From the IMG/VR virus record IMGVR_UViG_3300024219_000002, positions 1,525-65,524 of that record: a stretch of 64,000 nt of DNA. One strand, 5' to 3'. Positions 55,796 through 64,000 of the stretch are shown piece by piece. The stretch is from a virus. Each line of letters starts with the position of its first letter. Position 1 is the first letter of the stretch. The translations under genes and the position numbers were made by a program. The notes under the pieces are model-generated. The model was not told the DNA's origin. It worked only from the letters and a program-made list of their open reading frames with translations, and did not search any database.

Positions 55796-57555
55796 GCGGC
55801 CTCGGCTGAGTATTCCACACGAGCGTAAATGCGATTCACTAACTGGGCACGCTTTTTCCAACTGTCCTTCACAACCATGCGTTTGCCTTCCATTCCCATC
55901 GGGTTGAATCCGAACCGTTCCCGGAACAACGCCAACAGAATCAGCGCGGCATCCCCGTCGTCTGGTGAGTGGCCTATTCGCACCTTCATCTCCTCTTTCT
56001 TCTCCGCGCGCATACGCAGGCCATCCCCGCCTTTCACCGTTTCGTAACGGCGTTCCGTCCAATCCCGGGCCGTCTCCTTGGGTAAGCCCTTGATCTGGTC
56101 GGACTGGACATATTCCACGCCGGCAAACCAAAGCTCGGTGACGCGGTTGGCGAATGCCTTGTTGCCGGGGCGACGGTCCTTCACTCCAACCACTCTATCA
56201 GATGCCGCACCGCCAAACTGTATCGCCACGATCTTAGGCGACCAGACTTCGGCCAGCAACGCACCAAAGGGAAGTCCTCCGCCTGATGCGTCGAACGCGG
56301 CATTTTCGGGAGGAATCCCCAGGGCAACGCATTTATCTCGGAATAGTTTAGCGATCTGCAAGGACCGGCTTTCGTCTTTTTTCCTGACATCCTCGCGCAA
56401 CTCGATTCGTTGGGTATATTGCAGGGTTTGTTTTCCGTCGGTGCTCGTTCCCATGTCGCCAACATACATCATGGCCTTGTCACCGCCTGTTGCAAAGGCT
56501 GGATCAAGAGCGGCACCGCGCGTCGGCACAGACTGCCAGCGAACGGTTTCATGCACGCGCCCGCGCAACAGGTCGGATTCGGAATAGATTCGGTTGGCGT
56601 CAGCCTCAGGGCATGGGAACGACCGGCACATGCGCCAGAATCGAACGGAATGCTCGCCGCCTGGTCCTTCGCGCTGCTCCTTGTAGTGGCGCGTGCTGTA
56701 AATGCCGGGATACTTCTCCTCGCCAAGAAGCACGTTCGGGCTTTTCAGTCCGTCGAATCGAAGGCAGATGCCGCGGTCGGTTTCCCAGCGGTCGGTTTCC
56801 TCTGACACGCTTCCCCAGCCTGTCTTTGGAGTGGCGAACTGGCCAAACGGATCATAAACGCTGGCAAAGTTTCCAAGAGCCATGAATTGAAAGAACGGGT
56901 TCACGACAAGGTTTGATTCAGCCGCCTCCACAAGTGCCGGCGACAATTCGGGCATCTCGTCACAGATGAACAGCACGCGAGCGGTGTGAATGCCGATGAG
57001 CTTCCCGATGTTTTCCTTTAGCTTCGCCCGGTCGCCAGGGATCAAAAACATGCCCGCCTCGCTATCCGGCCAGATTTTGATTCCGTCGGTTGTTCGTATT
57101 TTGCAGGTCGAGCTGGTCAGCTTTCCGGGAAGCAATGGCCGTCCGTTCTTGTCGCTCGCCGCCATGAAATACTCCTCCACGGCTCCCCAGATACGCTTGC
57201 GTGAATCACTCAAACTGGTGGACGTGAAAAGGACAATCGTCTTTCCTGGTTGACAGAGCCAGTTGACGATTCCCCACATTGCAGCGAAGCGACTTTTCCC
57301 CGACGCGGCCGCGCCGCTGAGGGCCAGTCTTTGGTTCTGACATGACTCGGCCAACATGAGTTCATTCCATGGATTCCACTGGAAATGACACTTGGATTTT
57401 GCGCCCCAGAAATGGCGCACGATGTTCTTGAAGTGATAGGGACGATTGTCGGGATCGCCGCCCATCGCAGCGGTGCCCATGCGGAAGGCGAGAAGTTCAA
57501 CGTCCAGATCGGTCAGCCCTTCGTCCCAAATCAATCCATAGCGGGTGATGGCCAT
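55792..57555 (-). CDS. terL: Terminase large subunit
   Basis: Walker A GAAASGKS, Walker B FICDE, ALGN coupling motif, nuclease LDPAF..GD, FDASG, SPDDGDA. Confidence 0.9.
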   Translation of the reverse strand: MAITRYGLIWDEGLTDLDVELLAFRMGTAAMGGDPDNRPYHFKNIVRHFWGAKSKCHFQWNPWNELMLAESCQNQRLALSGAAASGKSRFAAMWGIVNWLCQPGKTIVLFTSTSLSDSRKRIWGAVEEYFMAASDKNGRPLLPGKLTSSTCKIRTTDGIKIWPDSEAGMFLIPGDRAKLKENIGKLIGIHTARVLFICDEMPELSPALVEAAESNLVVNPFFQFMALGNFASVYDPFGQFATPKTGWGSVSEETDRWETDRGICLRFDGLKSPNVLLGEEKYPGIYSTRHYKEQREGPGGEHSVRFWRMCRSFPCPEADANRIYSESDLLRGRVHETVRWQSVPTRGAALDPAFATGGDKAMMYVGDMGTSTDGKQTLQYTQRIELREDVRKKDESRSLQIAKLFRDKCVALGIPPENAAFDASGGGLPFGALLAEVWSPKIVAIQFGGAASDRVVGVKDRRPGNKAFANRVTELWFAGVEYVQSDQIKGLPKETARDWTERRYETVKGGDGLRMRAEKKEEMKVRIGHSPDDGDAALILLALFRERFGFNPMGMEGKRMVVKDSWKKRAQLVNRIYARVEYSAEAA

Positions 57556-60500
57556 TAACGGGTGGTTGTTTTCCTCTGCTCGTAATTCTGCAAGCCCATC
57601 CCGAAGATGGACAGCAACGCAAAGATTGTCCCGCGTTCGATTCCCTGCTCGCGCATCGTTGAGTAAATGTCCTGAAGGGACAAAGGCACAAGCAGGTTTG
57701 AAGCTGTTGACTCGGGTGTGACCGGCTGTCCAACCACGTCTTTACCAGTCAGAAGGTTTAGCCCTGTTCCAATCGCAGGGCTTAGTTTTGAACGAAGGAA
57801 TCTTGCAGTCACGTCGGCAGCATTGGGGGCGCCGTAGGGCACTTTTGGTCCGCGTATAGGAACTATGTTGCCTTTGCTGGTTTTGGTTTCCCCTGATCCA
57901 AGGCGTGAAAGCAGAACGGTGTTCTGGAGGAGTCCAGCCATCGGGTCAATTCGTGTGTTGCCATACCGGAGTTTTCCGAAGTCAGCGGAGCGCGGGTCTT
58001 GCTCAATCGTGGCGCCATCCATTTGAGCCAATCCGTAAACAACGGCGGCGCCAGCCAAGAAGCGACCGTACTCCTTCGCCATCAGCGTTCGGGTTCTCGC
58101 GCTTCCACGATAGAGAGGTTGGCCGGCGAGGAGTTGAAATCGGCTGGCGACGTAGCGGGGTGCAAAGAATACCGTGTTGAGTCCGACCAAGGCGTTTTCC
58201 TTCATGCCCAGATTGCCGCGTCCGGTGGCCACGTTGACGAAATTGGCGATGGCGTTTACTTCGGTCGGCGTAAGCTCTTTACCATCTCTGGCCAAGGAAT
58301 TTGACATTGCGTCGAATGAGTCGGCTCGGAGCTTGTTCAGGAATGTGACGTACGCTCGCTGAGAACTCGCCACTACTTTTCCAGGAATGGTAATTGGAGA
58401 AAGCGCAATCTTACCGGCTATCCCCATGTTCTCGGACAGCTTTGGAATCTTGTCCACCCATCGGGACATGTACGCTTCTTCCATCTGTGAGAGCTTGTGA
58501 CCGTGCTCGGACAAGTAGAGCTTTCCTTGCTGATAAATCGGGTAGTTCTTGCGAGCTAAAATCTCTTGGTCAACCGCATGTTGTCCCGCCTCGGAACGGA
58601 AAGCCCGGAACATGGCTGGGAAAGATTTGGCAGCCCGGATCGGGTGGGCGAAGGCTATGAATCCACCCTGACGAAGAACTCCAGAAAAGTCGGAACTCGT
58701 CACCACGGCTCGGGACAGGTTCAAAACCTCTCCCGCTGTGTCGAACACCTTTCTCGGAAGGCTTCGGTTGGCAAGCCGGTCTTTCATCAGAGCCTCATGC
58801 CATGCAACCTTGGCCTTGGACATTTCGTAATGTAGCCGGTTCGCCTCCGAATCCATTGGGATAATTCGTTTCTGCTTTTTGGAGAAGTCTCCACGCGAAA
58901 GTCTGTCTTTTAGGTCAGCCGTTTGCCTTGCCAGCCTTGCCTTGAGTCCTTTCAACGCGATGGCTTCTGGATCGCGCTCTGGCTTGGGTTGTAATCTCTC
59001 TCGGATGAATTTCCGTTGCTCCTTCAACTCATCAAGCCGCTTAATTCTTTCAGCATTTTCAGGTGTTTCAACCTTCTCGGTCTTTCCTTTTGGAAATACG
59101 GTTTCGTGTTCTATTTGCTTCTCAAGCTCGTCAATCCGTTTATCCAGAACCGCCGTCCTGCGTTGTGCCTCGACATCCAATGGTTGAGGGCTTGTCTGAA
59201 TCAACTCCCGGGCATATTCCCGCTCCGCCTTCAAAGCCTCAATTCTAGCCTTCGCCGCTTCAAGTGCCGGGCTTGTTCCCAAGAACGGCTTCTTTCCAGC
59301 CGGGAATATCTCTCCGGTCTTTAGCTGACGTTCGAGTTCTGCAATCTGTCGAGTAGCAACTTTTTCGGCCAATGCCAATCGCTGTTCGTCAGTCAATCCC
59401 GGCTTCTTGAAAATCTCCTCATGCTCTGCCTTGAGCGCCTCGTATTCCTTCTTCATCGCTTCCAACTGGGGGTCGGTTGGCGATGGCGTCTTGGTCTTTA
59501 CCAGCTTCTCCCGCGTCTCAATCTCCTGCTTCAAATCTGAAATTCGGTTTCGGTAATAGGTCTTGCGCGCGGTCAATGCGGAGGCAAGTTGAGTCGCAGG
59601 ATCAGTGACGACAAAGCCACCCTTCTTCTTGGCCTCGTTCACCAATTTTATTAGTCGTCGTTCCTCATCACTTGGAGAACGCCGTTCGACACCTGTCTTT
59701 TGTGGTGCCTGTCCAGCCTGCATGTCCTCCAGCTTGGCGACCTGCTGCATCTGGCCTTTCAGGTCGCGCAACTGAACGCTGATTTCATCCTTGGTCAGTT
59801 GCTTGAAGTCTCCATAACCGCTGATGGCGTCCATCGTCTCGCGCCGGGTGAATGACGGGTCAATGCTTTCCAGAACGCCGTGCACGGCGTCTATGAGAGC
59901 CTCGCGTTCTCGTATGCCAGTCTCCACAAATGCGCGAGCCAGTTTTTGAACAAGCGGCGTAATTTCATCGCGCTTTCCGGAGTCAATACGCTCTTTGATT
60001 TTGGTCGTGGCTTCGGCTTCTTTGGTGGCTGCGTCTTTGGGGGCACGCTTGACACGCTCGGCTGTTATTTTGCCGTGCTTTTTTTCGAGCTGTGCGCTTT
60101 CGGTTTCAAGTTTTGCTTCACTGGCTTTTCGGATTTCGTCCAGATGGGGTTTGATCCAGTCGCCCACGTCCCGGATCATGGCTTCAGACCACTTGGCAAG
60201 TTCGACCACGCCGCGGGTCAGCTTGGCCGCGCCGATGATTGACAGATCGGCAAGTTCGGTCGGATCAATGCCTGCGGTGAGCCGTCCTCGACGCTCTTTG
60301 ATTCGAGCCAGAGCCGAATCCGCCTGCTTCTCCATGTAGGTCGCAAACTGTTCGGCAATCTTCAGGACTCTCGGGTGATATGGCGGTTGCTCCTTGCGTG
60401 CCGCCTGCTCAACTTCGTCCAGCGCGTCTTGAACGGCCCGCTGCGCTTCCTTGGCTGTCGTGGCGGCAACGTAGTCGTCGTAAGCCTTCTGAGTCTCCTC

Positions 60501-63017
60501 AATCTTCTTGTTGAGCCTGACGACTTCGGAACGCTCTGCGTCGGTCAGCGGAGCACCACCCTTTGCCGCACGCTTCTCCAGTTCCATTTTGGCCAGCGTG
60601 AAATCCTCGTAAGCCATCATTTTTCGGGCGTTGAGTCCTCGCCCAGTCGCCGTGCCGACCTTCTTGTTGATATTGTAAAGGTCAAGCAACTGGTCGCTCA
60701 GTCCGGAGACGCGCGCCTTTTCGGTGGCAACAGCCTCCATTCGTCCATCCTCGTACGCTTGCGCGAGATCGCGTGTCGCCTTGCCGTACTCGTTCTGGAG
60801 GTCAATCTGGCGGTGGAGAAGTATGGCGTCCTCGATGTCTGTGACGGCATGAGGATTCTCCCGAAGTTGGTTTATCAGCGATTGTTGGTACTCCGGGTCA
60901 TGGTCAATCAGGGCCATGGCGCGATCCCAGACTTCTCCGAAACTGCGCTTGGCCGGTTGCATGGCGGGCGGAAGTCCACGCTTGGCCCGCTCCTTGTCAA
61001 CAACGGCATTTTTGATTGACGTTGCCAGTTCTGGACTTCGCTCGAATTCAGACGGGATGGCGCCACCCATGCCGGGACCGACTTCGGCGGGTTCAGCCTT
61101 CTCTTGAGATTTGACCTGCTGCTGAACCCATTCCCTGTCAGCCTTGGATATGTTTCGCACCTTTACCTTCGTGGGTTCGGTGCTTGAAGTCGGGATTTTC
61201 TTTGCACGCTCTAAAACTTCAGAAAGGGCCTCTTTTGTGTTCCAAATTCTAAATGTTCCATCTCCTGGAATATCAATGGTGACTTTCTTGCCGTGAATTT
61301 CAAGCGCCTCCTGAATCTCCTTGGAGTATTTCGGGACATCCTCGCCATTTCTTTTAACCGTCTCGCTCATGTGCTCCCCAAGCGTGGATTCGTGGTAAAG
61401 CGTCTTTCCTTTCACGTCCACGCCGTAAGCGATCTTCAGCGGCTCCTTGCCGATTACATCCACCATTGGTTTTGCTTCCTCAATCGCCTTCTCCAACCTA
61501 TCAACCAGCTCCGATTTGACTTCCTTTGCTGACCGCGCGCCTTCGGTTTTGGCTACGGATTTGACTTCTGCTTCGACCTTGTCGACAGCGGCAGACGGAG
61601 TGGCTTGTTTTTCGACTACTTTCTTTGTCGTCTCAGATTTGGCGGGAGTGGTAGGAACAGCGGCGGTCGGTTCCCCACCAACGGGTGTCAGTGGCTCGAC
61701 CGCCGCCTCCGTCCTTTGTGCATTGGGTTGCTCGACGGGAGCGGAAGGTGTTGGTTCTTCAACCGCTGGCTCTGCTTTCTCCTCAGTCCTCAGTGGCGCA
61801 TTTTCGACATCGGCGGCAACAGGCGCTTTGACTTCCGGCGAGACTTCGGCCTGTCCGGGTGCATTGGGTGTCCCGGATGGCGCGAGTTGTAGGTCATCGC
61901 TGCGATCCGCTTCGCCTCCTTCAATGGCTTTCCCCGGCTCACGTAACTGTCCCGTATCCGTTCGTATTGTTTTGGCATTTGAAACCTCCGTGGTTGTTTG
62001 TTCAATTACTGCAGCTGTCTGCGGCGCGAGAATCTGTAAATCGGGTGAGACGGCAATAAAAGTCTCTGGCCGTTCGACTTGTCGGGTTCTGGTGGATTCA
62101 CCGCCCGTCAATTCTCCCTGCCTGACCTGACGCTCCATTTCCTTCGCGGCAATATCTAGCGCCTGATTTTGAGTAGGCAGCAGAGTCTTGCCTGAGGTCG
62201 CCGCCACGCCGGGTAAAGAAGTCGGCACTTGTTCAGCCATCTTGGTTGCGATGTAGCTTCCAATGACAACCCCGGTGACGGCCTTGGCGATATCGGCTTT
62301 CGTGGCGTCGGGATCGCTGGCGACTTGTTGCAGGTTCTTGATGGACTCAGGAACGCTCTTAATTGCCCCTCCAGCCATGACTGCCTTGCCGCCTGTCTTG
62401 AGCAACGCCAACTCTGGCCCAGCGGCAAACGCAGGCAGGGACGAAATCATTTCTCCGGTTGTAAACCCAGACGCGATTTCTTCAGCGCCTTTGGCAACTC
62501 CCGTTATCGGGTTGTCTGGTCCGGTCAGCGTGCCTCGCGGCATCCCGGGAGTCAGCTCCTCCACCATCTGAACTGGCTGCTGAATCAATCCCTCAAGATT
62601 GGCGCCATTGTATTCGGAAACAACTGGACGGCCAGCAATGGCGTTGACCGTCTTGTTGATTAGGTTGACAGGATTGGCAAGGTTTCCAACTACCTCCGCG
62701 CCTTGATTTCCAAGAAACCCAAGCGTCTTTTCAAGCCACACTGGACTTGCTTCCGATTTAGCTTCTATCTCCTGCTTGATCTTTGCCCGTTTCGCCGCTC
62801 GTTCCTCTCCGAGCATTTCTATTTGGCCTCGGATGCCAACATTGGTTGCGGCGCGCGCCGTCTCGGAAAGATTGATCGCCTGAGAAACCGCACCAAGTCC
62901 ATGCCTGACGTTGTTCCTCTGAATCAGCCTCGGAACTTCATCCGAAATGTCCCGCTCCGACATCGCATCGGGAAATTCAACGATGCCAATATCGGGAATT
63001 TCAACTTCGGTTGGCAT
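57555..63017 (-). CDS. Repeat copy of the large ejection-type protein
   Basis: Same as 1745..7207. Confidence 0.7.
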   Translation of the reverse strand: MPTEVEIPDIGIVEFPDAMSERDISDEVPRLIQRNNVRHGLGAVSQAINLSETARAATNVGIRGQIEMLGEERAAKRAKIKQEIEAKSEASPVWLEKTLGFLGNQGAEVVGNLANPVNLINKTVNAIAGRPVVSEYNGANLEGLIQQPVQMVEELTPGMPRGTLTGPDNPITGVAKGAEEIASGFTTGEMISSLPAFAAGPELALLKTGGKAVMAGGAIKSVPESIKNLQQVASDPDATKADIAKAVTGVVIGSYIATKMAEQVPTSLPGVAATSGKTLLPTQNQALDIAAKEMERQVRQGELTGGESTRTRQVERPETFIAVSPDLQILAPQTAAVIEQTTTEVSNAKTIRTDTGQLREPGKAIEGGEADRSDDLQLAPSGTPNAPGQAEVSPEVKAPVAADVENAPLRTEEKAEPAVEEPTPSAPVEQPNAQRTEAAVEPLTPVGGEPTAAVPTTPAKSETTKKVVEKQATPSAAVDKVEAEVKSVAKTEGARSAKEVKSELVDRLEKAIEEAKPMVDVIGKEPLKIAYGVDVKGKTLYHESTLGEHMSETVKRNGEDVPKYSKEIQEALEIHGKKVTIDIPGDGTFRIWNTKEALSEVLERAKKIPTSSTEPTKVKVRNISKADREWVQQQVKSQEKAEPAEVGPGMGGAIPSEFERSPELATSIKNAVVDKERAKRGLPPAMQPAKRSFGEVWDRAMALIDHDPEYQQSLINQLRENPHAVTDIEDAILLHRQIDLQNEYGKATRDLAQAYEDGRMEAVATEKARVSGLSDQLLDLYNINKKVGTATGRGLNARKMMAYEDFTLAKMELEKRAAKGGAPLTDAERSEVVRLNKKIEETQKAYDDYVAATTAKEAQRAVQDALDEVEQAARKEQPPYHPRVLKIAEQFATYMEKQADSALARIKERRGRLTAGIDPTELADLSIIGAAKLTRGVVELAKWSEAMIRDVGDWIKPHLDEIRKASEAKLETESAQLEKKHGKITAERVKRAPKDAATKEAEATTKIKERIDSGKRDEITPLVQKLARAFVETGIREREALIDAVHGVLESIDPSFTRRETMDAISGYGDFKQLTKDEISVQLRDLKGQMQQVAKLEDMQAGQAPQKTGVERRSPSDEERRLIKLVNEAKKKGGFVVTDPATQLASALTARKTYYRNRISDLKQEIETREKLVKTKTPSPTDPQLEAMKKEYEALKAEHEEIFKKPGLTDEQRLALAEKVATRQIAELERQLKTGEIFPAGKKPFLGTSPALEAAKARIEALKAEREYARELIQTSPQPLDVEAQRRTAVLDKRIDELEKQIEHETVFPKGKTEKVETPENAERIKRLDELKEQRKFIRERLQPKPERDPEAIALKGLKARLARQTADLKDRLSRGDFSKKQKRIIPMDSEANRLHYEMSKAKVAWHEALMKDRLANRSLPRKVFDTAGEVLNLSRAVVTSSDFSGVLRQGGFIAFAHPIRAAKSFPAMFRAFRSEAGQHAVDQEILARKNYPIYQQGKLYLSEHGHKLSQMEEAYMSRWVDKIPKLSENMGIAGKIALSPITIPGKVVASSQRAYVTFLNKLRADSFDAMSNSLARDGKELTPTEVNAIANFVNVATGRGNLGMKENALVGLNTVFFAPRYVASRFQLLAGQPLYRGSARTRTLMAKEYGRFLAGAAVVYGLAQMDGATIEQDPRSADFGKLRYGNTRIDPMAGLLQNTVLLSRLGSGETKTSKGNIVPIRGPKVPYGAPNAADVTARFLRSKLSPAIGTGLNLLTGKDVVGQPVTPESTASNLLVPLSLQDIYSTMREQGIERGTIFALLSIFGMGLQNYEQRKTTTR

Positions 63018-63021
63018 CGGG

Positions 63022-63994
63022 TCATTGTGGGACGAGTCCTTCGGGAGTCCACTTGAATCGTTTGCCGGATGTGGTCGCGGGTGGTTGTTGGGGAGATACA
63101 CTTGGAGCGGCGGAATTTGTCAACCGCTTCCCAGTCTCGGGATTCCATCCCTTGCTCTCCAATCTGATCTTCAATTCGTTCATCAGATTCGTCCGGCTTC
63201 TTCCAAACGCAGTTCGCGTGTCGCCGGTCGCCAGCTCAACCTTGTGGTCGGCGTATGCCTTTAGCTCTTTTGCTGTTTCCGCGTCGGGCGTGTTCTCCTT
63301 CATCGCCTCATGCTTGGCAACCGTCATGCGCTCGGAAACCTTGCCCTCGTCGCCTTCGGTGGCGACCGTAACATCCTTGGGTTCGGTGTCTCGCAACTTC
63401 CCGAATTCAACCCGCTTCTCAACCAGGCGTATCAGCGCCGGGTCGGCTTTTGATTCTTTGAGTGAGCGGAGATATTCCGCATCCTTCTCCAATGCCCCGG
63501 GACTCCAGTTGGGATTCGCAACCTTGTAATCGTAATACTCAAGAGCCAGATCATGCTTGGCCTGCAACAGCTCCTTCGCCGCCTCATTCTTGGGATCAAT
63601 CATCCTGAGTTGGTTCTGGAATCGCTGCTCGATTTGATCCTTGGTTGCCTCACCGCGCAGACCAAGTAATTCCTTGGCCCCTTCAAGGCGTTGCGCGATG
63701 TGCTCCTTGGCAAATTCAGCTCTGGCGCCGATTAGTTCCTTTGAAGCCTCCGTTCTGGCGCCGATTAGTTCCTTGCCTTGAGCAACCTTATCAATGAACT
63801 GAGTGAACCTGCCAGTCTTAGGATCGGTCCAGCCTTGCACAACAGTTCCATCATCAAGAGTAATTGTTGCTGGAGTTGTGGTTGCCTTGGTGTGGTCTTT
63901 GTAATCGTCCAGAATCCCACTCCAGTTCGCCGGGTTCTCGTAAAGCGGCTTTCCATCCTCGTCCACCGCATACCATTTCGATGCAACCTTTGCG
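63022..63994 (-). CDS. Partial repeat copy of the 7212..8603 gene
   Basis: Same as 7212..8184; 5' end missing. Confidence 0.6.
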
Positions 63995-64000
63995 AACTGG

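Larger units (their letters stand above)
1..55810. mobile_element. Complete tailed bacteriophage genome unit (55,810 bp, circularly permuted, podovirus-like)
   Basis: Sequence restarts at 55811. Terminase, portal, capsid, tail, replication and recombination genes are present; no host housekeeping genes seen. Confidence 0.93.
55811..63994 (+). repeat. Direct repeat of positions 1..8184 (wrap-around / terminal redundancy)
   Basis: tattccacacgagcg at 1 and at 55811. ORF track is identical with offset 55810. Identity ends after ...caacctttgcg (63994), then aactgg vs ccttca. Confidence 0.97.

Noticed and set aside
1-55810. Phage integrase / IntI / repressor-integrase module, reverse transcriptase (DGR, retron), DNA polymerase
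   Set aside because: No tyrosine or serine recombinase, YxDD RT or polymerase motifs recognised in any ORF; this was by eye only.
55796-56131. 266-aa ORF-track N-terminal extension of the Cys-rich protein
   Set aside because: Overlaps terL out of frame; ATG 55795 overlapping the terL stop is the plausible start.
55811-63994. True gene duplication of terL and the giant protein
   Set aside because: Exact offset copy, best explained by circular wrap-around or terminal redundancy.
1-64000. tRNA/rRNA genes
   Set aside because: No cloverleaf with T-loop/D-loop consensus or rRNA-like sequence noticed; tRNAscan was not run.

Overview
The window holds one complete circularly permuted tailed-phage genome of 55,810 bp, followed by a repeat of its first ~8.18 kb (1..8184 recurs at 55811..63994; the last 6 nt diverge). 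The architecture is podovirus-like: large terminase, portal, scaffold, major capsid, adaptor/nozzle-like and ejection-type proteins, and no tape measure. It also has a lambdoid-type replication pair (initiator + DnaC-like loader), a RuvC-like resolvase, RecE-like/AAA recombination genes, HNH nucleases, a glycosyltransferase/methyltransferase block and several signal-peptide-bearing, Thr-Asn-rich beta-helix/Fn3/SGNH proteins. A Verrucomicrobiota-like host is an inference only. The main discovery is that the phage carries integron-type gene cassettes: two arrays (41488..42927, 3 cassettes; 45719..49194, 9 cassettes) and a solo cassette (21513..22131). They are delimited by attC-like sites whose R'' boxes are reverse complements of the preceding R' boxes. 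I found no integrase. Every cassette gene runs ANTISENSE to its attC, and its start codon and N-terminus are usually encoded inside the attC itself. All product calls come from motifs read by eye; no database searches were run.
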